A stretch of DNA of 63,819 bases, counting the filler, from Cercozoa sp. M6MM (lineage: Eukaryota > Protista > Endomyxa: Ascetosporea): the NCBI GenBank assembly GCA_040357565.1. It is 3 parts of 3 records of this genome, joined end to end, with 100 filler letters (N's around TTAATTAATTAA, not from the genome) between each part and the next. Parts side by side here need not be neighbours in the genome. Positions count along the whole stretch, not along the records: positions 1 to 22,045 come from JBDODJ010000186.1; 2 more parts are not named here. One strand, written 5' to 3'. Each line of letters begins with the position of its first letter. Positions within the stretch are counted from its first letter, which is position 1. The position numbers were made by a program, and so were the translations under genes. This document shows positions 1 to 10,675 of this stretch, piece by piece. Under the pieces are notes generated by a model. It did no database searches and had not been told where the DNA came from. It worked only from the letters and a program-made list of their open reading frames with translations.

Positions 1-704
1 AGCGGTCGACTGGAGCCGCTCCACTTGTCCTGCTCGTACATGGATGTTTGTATGTGGTAGGAATGTGAGAGTCAACATTCTGCGGTCGGACGAGCGAAAC
101 AGAGAGTGGGAGTAAACACTGTTTGGGAAAGGCAAACACGGTCTGGACCCGGTCCCAGACCGGAATCTTGGTCCTCAGTCAGTCCCCAGTCGGTCCCAGG
201 CAGTGATTAAGCATCCCATCGGCTCTAATTAGGATTGGCTACTGAAAAATTCAAAGGGGCGCGGCGAAAAACCGGCTGTTGTGTGCATGTTCCCAACTCA
301 GACAGGTCCGGGACCAGCCGTGATCGCAGAATTCTGTCAACCGAACCAACTCTAAATCACACCTAGCTCCAACCAATAGTTTCTATAGATATTGGTGTAT
401 GCTTGGCCGGAGCGGCGAGTCGCGAGCTTAACTGTGGGCTGAGAACGAGGAGCAACAAAGTGACCGGCGGGGTTCCTTCGGTCCCAGACCGACCGGAAAC
501 TCGATGAACTCTGCGTCGCTGTTAAGCTGCACTGTGCGCAATACTACGGCACTTATGGATCACGAAACCGCACGCACGCACAGCTGTGTGTCGTAGCGGA
601 ATCAGCAGAAAAGGATTGGTCCGTTTGTCGTGCTTAGAGCTGTGCTTCCTTGCTGCTTTGGTGTGCTCAGCGTTGGTGCTTGACGCTACAGCGATCAATT
701 GCGC

Positions 705-894
705 ATGGGGCGTGGTGGCAAGCGAGCTTCACCAGAGCAGTGCCTTTGTCTGCGCGTGTTGCTGCGCGAATGGCACTACATGGAAGGCGTTTCTCGCACG
801 GAGTGCAAGAAACGCCTCCGTCAACGCAAACTAGTGCATAAGTGGACATGCACGTCGCCCACCTTCTTGGTAATCTATGTTTATGTTCCGCATC

Positions 895-926
<32 letters not shown>

Positions 927-1250
927 TGTTGATTGAAAGCAGAACAGAGGACTTGACCTGGCGAAACCGTTGCACAACGTCAAGCCGAGTGGACGGAAGG
1001 CCTACCAGTTCTGCGATGAGGAGGCCCAGGCACTGGCGATCGCAATTGTGACGCACCGGTATGACATGTCAGAGTGTTGTGGCTCAAGTGCGCATGCTAC
1101 AAATATGCATGTCTGGTATAGCTCTTTAAGAGCCACGGAGCGTGCTCTCAAGTCTGCCGGCTTCGAAAACTTGACTGTGTGGCGGATCCGGGAGTTCCTA
1201 ATCGCGCGTGGCCTGAGCATACATGGTTGCCCACCGCCCACCATTAAGCC
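705..1250 (+). pseudogene. Tc1/mariner-like transposase N-terminal DNA-binding fragment, intron-containing, truncated
   Basis: Spliced reading MGRGGKRAS...KPSGRK...EEAQAL...SLRATERALKSAG...TVWRIREFLIARGL...KP resembles the SGRK/P linker and second HTH of Tc1. Probable GT-AG intron with (CT)n(TA)n at about 870-941. No catalytic domain follows. Confidence 0.4.
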
Positions 1251-1521
1251 TTTTGCATCGTTCGCAACGTCTTCTGTTTTTTCAGATTCTCCATGTTTTT
1301 CGACGACCGTCGTGTAGAAAACCCAAACAACCTAAAATACGCCCAAAATTGACACTAAGAGTGTGCTAATACAGTAAAATGTCCCAATATTGCATTTTTA
1401 GTGCTTAAAAGGTAGACCCAAAACTCGCTATTTTGGGGTTGCGGTCGGTTTTTGCTCTGTTTTTGCGGTTTTTGCTGCTCCAGCGAATCGCCCTGAAACT
1501 CTACAGGCTTGCAGGGAGCAC

Positions 1522-1720
1522 GAGTAACCGAACGAAACTTAGGAGTAACCAGGAGTAACCGAAAGCAAGCATGGAGTAACCAAAGAAATACTAAAAATGG
1601 CCAATTTCGGCACGTAGCCAACCGCACACAAACTCCGTGTATGGGGAGTTTCTAAGGTGTACTACGAATAACCAGCGAGAAACCGGGAGTAACCGAGCGG
1701 AACCCTGGAGTAACCTGGAG
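1522..1720. repeat. Cluster of GAGTAACC motifs (subterminal-repeat-like)
   Basis: About six copies of (G)GAGTAACC within 200 bp. Confidence 0.7.
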
Positions 1721-1856
1721 CACAAATATAGCCCGTGCAAAGTCAACAAATTAGTGAAAATTAAATGAAAACTATGTTGACGCTGTGACAGCTGCGCGTA
1801 GTAACGGTGTTAACAAAACTGTCGCTGGTCGACCCGAATTTTTGCGGTCGCACTTT

Positions 1857-2210
1857 TTTTTGATTAAAAAAAAACAAAAATTCGGTAGTGACCTGGGCAG
1901 CCGACGTCGTAACTGGAATAGAGGGCGCCTTCGAAGCAGTCGACGGCCGGTGGCCACGCAAGACAATGACTTGCTCCAAGCGCTCGATGACTCCGCGTCA
2001 CCGTGCCCGCCTTCGAACAAAGCATCCTCAGCGCCACGGCCGTCTGGGCACGCTTGAACGGGTCGAAGGCCACGTAGTGACGAATGGCACCAGAGTTATA
2101 GAACTCGGTGGTCCTGTGTGGCGCGTTGCTGCGGCACGCTGCGTCGGCATGACACCACCATAACCCAGTGAAAAAGTGCGACCGAATTTTTGTTTTTTTT
2201 AAATCAAAAA
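1857..2210. repeat. About 30-bp inverted repeat pair flanking a GC-rich insert
   Basis: TTTTTGATTAAAAAAAAACAAAAATTCGGT (about 1857-1886) versus ACCGAATTTTTGTTTTTTTTAAATCAAAAA (about 2181-2210). Confidence 0.7.
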
Positions 2211-2332
2211 GCACCAGCGATCCACATTTTTGGATGTTTAGAGCGTGTTTCTCGCGTTAAGTTGCTCGAAGGCACGTAGATTAACATGTCAAATCTGAAA
2301 AAACATACCTTTTCTGGATTCGCGCACGATTC

Positions 2333-2500
2333 GCGGTTCTGCATTTTGGGTAGGTTACCGCTCTCGCCTTGCTTGGTTTCCCGTTTCGCCTTGAATTCGC
2401 GCCCTAATCGCTCGCTGCGCTCGCTGGGGCGCTCACTTCAAGGCGAAACGGGAAACCAAGCTTGGCTCGGCGGTAACCTACTGCAAAATGCAGTAACCGC
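2333..2500. repeat. Long fold-back palindrome (about 168 nt)
   Basis: Perfect 25-bp stem 2371-2395 / 2437-2461, extended outward by TAGGTTACCGC/GCGGTAACCTA and CTGCATTTTG/CAAAATGCAG. Confidence 0.9.
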
Positions 2501-3728
2501 TCATTTCGTGACCGCTCATGCAGAAAGGTATATATTTTGTGGGTACTGTTTCCCGTTGTTTTTTATGTGGTGATGTGTTTCGTAAATCCCCTGCGCAGGG
2601 GAATGAAAGCGGCCTTCGACAGAGGTGCCAAACCGCATCACCTCGTCATCTACTCGGACGAATGCCTTTACGCGGACTGTACTGTGAATTAGAGCGTTTG
2701 TTTTGGTTTGTGTGATTATGTATACTCTGTCCTTTTCTCAGATTTATTTAGATCATCTTTTCGACGCCACCAGGGGAGCGCACAATCCAGGGCGTCAACG
2801 ACGCCACCAGAGCCCAAGCGACGAAAAACTGACAATTGCAACGTGTCACTCGCACAGCGCTCGCCGCTCAGGCTCGTGCTGGCACACTGATATTTGATTT
2901 CCTATTCCTCAATTATATGTGATGCTTTTACAGCCGAAAGCATCACAGTCGGCTTCGTTTTCGGTACCTCTGGCCCCTTCGCCGACTCACCGCTCATATG
3001 AGCCGCTGCCAGTCCCTGTTACGCCTGCCACGGTATCACAGGCACTGGTTACTCTGCTATGTCATGTGTCTGTTTCGCGTAGCGACTTGCGTCCTCGCCT
3101 GCATCGGCTGCGGTTCCACCTGCTGCGGTCGCGCCGAGGCGCAGCCAGTCGTCACCGTTCAAGCTGACGCCAGAACTGCTGCGAGTGATGTCGCCAGAGC
3201 AGCTCGACGTGTACCTGAAGCACGCCAACCAGAACGTCTGAGACGAACGGCACGAACTCGCACGATAAAAAGGCAAACTCGAGCGACAGAGCCTTATTAG
3301 CATACAAGCCACTATACGGCTTGCGATACTGCTTGCTTTCTATTTAATGCTGCTGCTACTGTTTTAATCGCCCAAGCTTTAACTAAAGCACCGGCTCGAC
3401 CCGTACAAACGGCCCTGTTTAGTCAAACTAATCCGGCTCGATCCGTACTAACGGACTTAACTTTCCTGATTCAGGCTCAGTGATCGCGACTTGATCCCAT
3501 GTGCTGGGCGGTCCCCAGCCGGTCTTGACTCGGTCTGGACCGAGTCTGACACCTGGTCCTGGGACCAGTGTTTGCCTTTCCCAAACAATGTTTACAACAA
3601 AAGAACAAAACCAAATCACCAAAAATAATCCCTAATGATCCCAAAGTGATTCTTGAAAACGATCAAACCGTCTCTAACCGTCTCTAACCGTAGATCGGTT
3701 TCAACAGACCATCTCAAACCGTCATGGT

Positions 3729-3798
3729 CACTGATCGATCAAAGTGACCACCGCGATCAGGAACCAATCACTGATCAATCAAAGCGATCACCGTGATC
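3729..3798. repeat. 30-bp imperfect direct repeat in a GATC-rich tract
   Basis: CACTGATCGATCAAAGTGACCACCGCGATC and CACTGATCAATCAAAGCGATCACCGTGATC. Confidence 0.7.
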
Positions 3799-4297
3799 TG
3801 GACGCGATCTGGGATCTCTGAGTCAAAACAGAAAGCTAGAACCGATCGATCAGACTTGCAATTGCAATTTGCAAAAGCAACTGGGATTTGCTAGATTTGC
3901 AAAAAATTGCGGAAGGAGCGCCGGAGTGACAAAACATACAACAAAAATCACACTTTACTTTTCTTTGTGTTGAGAGACCTGTGAACACCGGAGGAATACT
4001 CACGAGATGCCACAGGTATGTCACACGCGCGTTTCGCGCGCCCTTACACTTTTCGCGAACCCGCACCGCCGGTAGTTACCCCAACAACGCCTGTGTGCAA
4101 GTCCCGTCGAGACAGCACGGCGGAACACGCAACAGCAGGGAGCTCAGTTCATCCCTGAGCACAGCGCGAAAAGGCACAACACAAGCTTAGCTTAGCTTAT
4201 CGAAATATACTATCTGTATATTCAATTTTGTATTTTCTGTATCTTATGGTTTGCTGATCATCTCTTACTCTCAGGTTATCACTGGAGGGTCACACCA

Positions 4298-4447
4298 CCG
4301 CACCGAAAGGTCGTGCGGGCCTGTAACAGCCAACTGTCCTGCCACTGGCAGGCAGTTGCAGGTCGCCAACGCCAATTAGGTAACACCAGGCCTGGCGACC
4401 AACCCCGATCTGGGCCCGCCGCCTCGAAGAGATAAGTGGTGGGGCCC
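4298..4447 (+). other. Four consecutive stem-loops; candidate structured RNA or TE UTR
   Basis: CCGCA-CC-GAAA-GG-TGCGG; CAACTG-CCTGCC/GGCAGG-CAGTTG; GGTCGCCA/TGGCGACC; GGGCCC-GCCGC.../...GTGGT-GGGCCC with G-U pairs on the + strand. Confidence 0.35.
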
Positions 4448-4764
4448 TTTCAGACTAGCAAGGACTCCGCCAACGCCTCTACTCAACTACGGGAACGTTC
4501 TGCGAGTGGACTGTCCGAGTTATAGGATAAACCTCGCCTCTGCTCGCAAATGACATCCCTGTGCCTGACCACCCTGCTTCCTCGTCCGGGCGTTTTGAAG
4601 CTGTAGCCGTTCCACGCACCGCCCTGGGCCAGAGCAATAAAATCCTCCTGATTAGAATTTACAAAGTTGACACACTTAACTGTGCTCTTTTCTCAGTGAA
4701 GCTTAGGTTGTGATAGCAGAACTTTGAGTTCTCGTGCGCGGAATCAATAGAAGAAGGTCTTAAT

Positions 4765-5760
4765 TTACGGCAACTGTACCAGAGCCCAGGCCAACTCAAT
4801 CGGATTGAAGTCCGGACTGTACGGTGTGTTCTGAATCCATCGGCCCTGCACATGAATACAGCCGCTTGCACTCAACAACAAGGACGAAAGGGAAAAGTAC
4901 TGGGTAATGATCCTCGAGCCATGCGACGGCGAGTGCCGCGATGCGCTGCCGCACCACCCTACACGATGACTGGGTTCAAGACAACGATAAATATACAATA
5001 CCCGGGAAAAAAACTGTCAGTGTGCCTTACCCTGCGACGTTACGATGCTTTCGTCAGACCAGACGACCCACTCGTGCCAGTTCGGATTGAGTTCCCACAT
5101 GCACTTCATCCACTGAGCAAATGTGCGGCGCAGCTTGCGCGACGCCAAGCTCAACGGAGGGCGTGCCTGAACAAAGGAGTTTGGTGGCATAGAAAAGCTC
5201 AAAAGCACCTACTGCATCAGTGAAGGCGGCAAGGGAACGGCGGGCAGCAAACGCACGAATCGTCATTTCGGACACTTTAATACCGTGCTGCTACACAAAA
5301 ATGGGTAAACGGGTCAAGTAAAGCGACAAAGGTAATGGATACAGAGGAGTGCAGAGTACGATGGAGTTACAAATGGGTGGCACAGGGCAAAAGGGTACAA
5401 GGAATAAAGGGGATGGTGAGAAGGCTTCAAACCGTTTTCAGCGAGGAGCCACGTCGCTGCAGAAACAGTGTCAGCGACCGCTACACTCACCTATGACTGT
5501 GTTGTAAGTAGAGCATACGTAAATAACAAAACCAGAGCGGGTATAAAGCTACCTTTTGCTGTGGCATCCACTTGGCCTCGGCAGGGGGGGGGGGCGACCG
5601 CTCCGCTTTTCGTCGCAGAATTCGGTGGTGTCGCCATCGTTCAACAGTTTGCCAGGCGGGCGGTGGCGGGTAAACTCGCCAACCTGGCGAACTGATCAGC
5701 GGTGCTCGCGTATGGATTTTGTCGTGCCAGCGTCTGAATCACCGCACGAGTGCTAAGCTT
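4765..5760 (-). pseudogene. Tc1/mariner (IS630-Tc1-mariner superfamily) transposase remnant
   Basis: Minus-strand motifs in correct order: DEKRSGRP (about 5600), RPPLS..RRTFA..WHEWVVWSDES (about 5050), PYSPDFNPIELAW (about 4800). Frameshifted, short between the first D and the E. Pyrimidine-rich intron at about 5291-5434. Confidence 0.8.
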
Positions 5761-8447
5761 CTCGTACATCTAAAAAACAAATTCAAATTACGGAACACAG
5801 AAATTGACATCCGCCACAAGGCCACGCGAGAACAAACCCACCTTGTTTGGTGGTGAGACACCACAGGGCCACACCATTGAACACGCCTGGTGCGTTTGTG
5901 GCTCGAATTCAAAAAATTTTGATCGACATGGCAAAGATCCGCACCCAGCCACACCATAAACGCGCCAGGTGTGGGCCATGGATCAAAAAATCATCCACAC
6001 TTGGTGCGTTTTCGGTGTGGATCAACAGATCTGGGCCCGACATGAGAGCAGTGGCGATCGCCCAACTTGCTCGAAACTGATTTCGAACTGAAAATAAAAC
6101 TGATAAAAACTGATTTTCTCGGTGTGTCGGCTTTTACGGAAGAATCTGAGCCGCACCTGGAACTCTAAGCCTCATATGAAGCTCCTGATTTTCTGGGTTG
6201 GATTGGAGGTATTTTCTATGCGACTTTAGTTTTTGTTTTGGTCTTTGCTACCCAACTGCTCGTCCGACCACAGAATCCGCTTCCGGATTCCTTCCAGCGC
6301 TCCAGTGGCGCATGTTAGACGAGTCAACAAGCATGACCGGGTCGGACCGAGGTACTCAAGTGCGAGTGAAGCTGCGGAATGTTTAGCGAGTTTGGAGTCT
6401 GGCTTATCGCCCTGCAAGACTCCCCACGAGTACCGCAAGCCGCGCACGGGAAGATTGCTGTTTAGCTCAACAATGCACTGAAGTAGGGCAAGTTTGCAGA
6501 TGCCCACAAGCGAAACGCTTTTCTAGTGAAATGGTGCCGAACGCTTATTGTGCTTGTGTGTCGTACGAAAGGGATGCAATTCAATCGTCATCTCCGAACT
6601 GATGGTGGCCCGAGTGGTGGTCGGCCAGCACATTCGCGATACGTTGTTTTCGGTGTTCTGCTTGAGTTCGTCCAGGCCACCGCTGGCGAGAGCGCTCCCT
6701 CGGACGTTTGAAGTATTTTGGTGCTTCCACTGTCGATATCACTAACCCTTTCGTTACTTGGTGAGGTCGCAGACGCATATGGGACTGACTAGCTTCAGGT
6801 CACGCAGCACATTGACTCCGACGCCAGCTGACCGCGGTGCTGTTCAAGATGAGTAACCTGTGCCGGGTACCAGCGTTTGATCTGTTTTCCTTTCGCGATG
6901 TTTACTGTTCTCTCTTGTTTGCACAGGCTTGATGCTTGCCCCATGGTGCTATGTCTTCTGGTGCGGGGAAGCTCGAAGTCAAATCAGATCCCAGGGTGAG
7001 CTAAGCTCCCAAAACATATCCCACAGAACAAACTTAGTGCTGGCACAAGGCTGCACACAGCAAGCAAGCACTCTAAACGCACGACTTAGCAAAAGTCGGA
7101 ACTCGCGAAAAACAGCCAGTTGGAAATATACAAGAAATTCCACCTCACTTCGTTTTATTGTGTTCGCTGAAACAACGACTGCGCATGGACAAGGTAACAC
7201 CTGCGCACATATGTGCTGCTTTCTGGCTCTTTTTGCACGCTTGCGCGTTTTCGCACTTTTTTCGCTCCGGGTTTTTTTAGCCGCCCGGACCGTGTGCCCA
7301 CGTGTGCTTGCACTTGTGGGACACGCCACTGATCTGACCTGAATTTTGTTGGTTTTTATGTGATTTTCTCTTTGTTGTGTCCGCGTGTTGCGTTTTCTGT
7401 CCCGCGGTGAGACGGCTGGTTTTCATTCTTGTGTGCACTTGCACCACCGGCCACGCACTGGCAGCGCCAGCAGCCCCACAAAAGCGTGTTTTGGGCTTAC
7501 ATGGTGTGCGCGCCCAGCTGGGCTGTTTATTTTGGCAAAAGGTCGCCTGGCAGGCGCAGATCAACAACACGCGCGCGCCCGGCCGGCCTGGTCTTTTTTG
7601 GCAAAGATGCACTGGCAAGCGCCAGCTTTCTTCTGTTTCGCTTTCACTTGGCATTGAGCATTAATGAGCAAGCGCCTGACACTCATTCACCGCATGAGAA
7701 CAGATGACGAGTATCGAGACCCGTAGCCGCGCAGCAGCGCGCGGACAGCTGACGATACAACGCAAAGCAATATGAAATGGGCCGCAAAGGCCTCGCTGGT
7801 ACTCCTCCTCACTCAACCACCAAGCACACCCCGCTGGCGCATAGAGTAACACTCACTTGAGCATGCTGGCAGAAAAGATAATCAAGCGAGCCTCCGAGCA
7901 AGCAGCCATCGACAAGGGCGTGCTCGCGCCGCTACTGCAGCACCTCGATCCAAGGTCGAAGCCAAGTTGGCAGGCAGTCAGCGAGCTGGCCGAGCTGTGG
8001 GGGCGGCAAGAGCTTGAGGCTTGTAATAGCAGCCCAAGTTCGTCTGCGGCATAGAGAGCCTCATCGCTCTGCCGGTTGCGACTTCGACGATCCCATCAAA
8101 TTCGAGGCAATGATGTCGGACGCGATCGACGCACTCGCGGCCGGCGAAGTGATGGACGCTATCACCTCCAAGCAGAAACTACAGCCGACTAGGGCCGATC
8201 ATTGCATCCATCAAGGGCCGATCACTCGGACATATATACAGGGAATGTTACTTTAGTCGAGAAATTACAGAAATCTACTCGACTTCTATTTCTACGTCCA
8301 GTATTGCCAGAAAACCGACAAGCACTAGTCGCCTAACCTCTTCGGTTAACGCTTAAATTCTGCTGTCAATTCGGGGCACGACATAACTCCTACAACTTCT
8401 TAAACGCAGCACTTGGTACCAAAGCCCAGGCAGTGATAAACAAAGCT

Positions 8448-8963
8448 TCAAGGGCACACAATTCCAATTCCTAGCAAGTTGAGACAGTTCAGGGTCCTGC
8501 ACGAACTCGGCGTCGGACGAGTCGGCGACATCCGAGGCATCCACGTCGCCCTCGTCATCAATGTCGGAGTCAGAGCAAGTATCGTGCTCTGAAGCTTCGT
8601 CGCCGCTTGTTTTTTTTTGCGATGCTTGATGTCTTTTCCAGCAAGCCTGTCACGGATCACGAGGTCCCTGACGACGTGTCCAAAGAAGTCAGCGACCTGC
8701 GCTACGTTGCAGGCGTCGAATTCGTGTCCATTCAAGAACGACCGCAGAGCACTAGCTAGGTCCAACTCCGGAGCGCGGTGCCCCAGACCAGTTAAGGCCC
8801 ATGCCGCCTGCACTGGCGTAAGACCTGGATACTTGCTCTCAGCGCCCCGCTGGTGGGTGTTGACAAAGTCGCACGCCTCGACCGTGGCCTGAAAACGGTA
8901 TTTGTCCGTGTGCGTGTGTGTGCGTGTGCGTGCGTGTGTGTGTGTGTGTGTGCGTGTGTGTGC

Positions 8964-9052
<89 letters not shown>

Positions 9053-9468
9053 GTACCACAAGTCGCCGCAGTTACGGCAGTCGAAAAGGCACGAAGAAGA
9101 CATTCATTCGTCGACTGCACTTCCACTACCACGCAACGGAACGTCCACTCAGTATGCCCGCCGTCGAGCAAGGGCGCAGCGTGCACCTCCAGGACAGCTT
9201 CCCAAGCTCCTCTCATCACTTGCGACAGAGAGTCGGTAAAGGTGACGCGACGTCCATCGCGTTCAAGAACGACGACGAAGAAGTGGCTGCACGCGAAGAC
9301 AACACGTATGTCTACGCTCTTGTCGCTCGTGTCGACCACACGCAGGGACGACGTAGGGGAACGCTCACCCATCGTGTCGCGCGACACCATGTAGCGCGAG
9401 TTCAGCAAGCGTCGCGTCGAGCAGTTCACGGTGCGCACGCGCACGATGAAGCTCAGCAACCAGGCCAT
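8448..9468 (-). pseudogene. Ulp1/C48-like cysteine protease domain remnant, probably TE-borne
   Basis: SHFFVVVLE...VTFTDSL...VQSTNECLL gives H, D, Q and C in Ulp1 order and spacing. GT-AG intron 8889-9056 contains the microsatellite. Frame is not preserved across it. Confidence 0.5.
8908..9050. repeat. (TG)n microsatellite
   Basis: Seen directly. Confidence 0.95.
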
Positions 9469-10329
9469 CGACTATCGTGGCACAGGTACGCACTCAGCAG
9501 TCAGTACGGCTGCTGTAAGGCTCTAAAATGTTCTCAGGGAAGCTATAACAGTAGTAAAAATCACTCACCGATCTTCGATTTCGTCTCGTCCCATGGTTCG
9601 TCGTTATCGTCTGTAAGCGCTCTAATAAACATTGTATAGACTGCATACGTTCTTTTGGATCTCGCTACTATCACGTGTTCATATATATTTTCGCCTCAGA
9701 TGTCCCGAATTGGGCCGGGTTTGTCCAATTATACGACTACTATCGGCCCATACTAGCCCAGAATTGACCTCGTTTTTTAGACGTTTATAACAGGTTTTAC
9801 TTGTACGTGAAACCGGGGATCAAACCAGAATCAGTGAATACGTGAAACTGGGTGGTTGAAGGGTTGCCAGAAAAAAACGAAAAGCAAAGGAAACTATATT
9901 TTGCAAGACCAAAAGCAACCCCGGATTCTCCACCACTGCAAGAGTTGAGCCAGGGGCAGGGCTGCGACGCAACCCACGCAGCGCAGTGCTCGCATCGCCC
10001 GTAAGAACCTGCTCCCGACTCAGACCCTTCCGGATGATGCGGTCCCTCACGAAAATGTCGAACCGCCGCCAGGATATTCGTTCGACGTCGAAGGCGGCGA
10101 CATGTACGACTCTGACGATGGCGGCTGATCTTCGGTTGACACGCTCACTCTAGTAGTTTAAACCTAATTTAGTACTTGTGTTCTCTATTAAGCTGATTTA
10201 GGTCGGTCGATTCAAATTATTAAGCAATTTATTAAAGAAATTCCAGTTGTTCGTCAATTTTGGAAGTTTCCGAGAACGTATATACGTCTATAAGGAGCTT
10301 TACTTGTATCTCACCTCTGATTCTGGTTT

Positions 10330-10410
10330 GATCCAAGCGATCCAAGCAATCCAAACGATCCAAGCAATCCAAACGATCCAAGCAATCCAAACGATCCAAA
10401 CGATCCAAGC
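10330..10410. repeat. 9-bp tandem repeat (RATCCAARC)x9
   Basis: GATCCAAGC/AATCCAAAC/GATCCAAAC units. Confidence 0.95.
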
Positions 10411-10675
10411 TATCTCCTTCCAACCGCTTTGGCTAGCCTTGTGCTCCCAATTCAGTTGCGATAGGCAAATCAGTTTAGGCAAATCAGTTTCCTTTGGCTT
10501 TCACCTTGTTTCAACGATAGGTCGCTCTCACGGCACCTAAATAAATATAAAACAAGGAACGAAAAGGAAAAGCTCGCCTCGCCTGTAAAATTTACCATGA
10601 TGGGAGTGGAATACCACTCTGATCCATTGTCGGACTCCTACTCCTGGACCCCAACCATGGAGTGAGCGGCCGGCA

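Larger units (their letters stand above)
112..3595. mobile_element. Putative DNA-transposon relic bounded by 28-bp inverted repeats
   Basis: GTAAACACTGTTTGGGAAAGGCAAACAC (112-139) is the reverse complement, with one mismatch, of GTGTTTGCCTTTCCCAAACAATGTTTAC (3568-3595). GGTCC/GGACC motifs cluster just inside both ends. No target-site duplication seen. Confidence 0.55.

Noticed and set aside
785-835. Hairpin followed 13 nt later by CTAG-T, like a Helitron 3' end
   Set aside because: It lies inside a plausible transposase exon, and no matching 5' end or RepHel sequence is visible; only multi-copy alignment could rescue it.
4445-4460. TTCAGACTA resembling the RNase P RNA CR-V motif
   Set aside because: No complementary CR-I sequence upstream to form P4.
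6200-8256. Short ORFs as a tyrosine recombinase or another transposase
   Set aside because: No catalytic motif could be assembled; left unannotated.
8918-9239. His-Thr and Cys-Val repeat ORFs here and at other (CA)n tracts
   Set aside because: Translations of intronic microsatellites.
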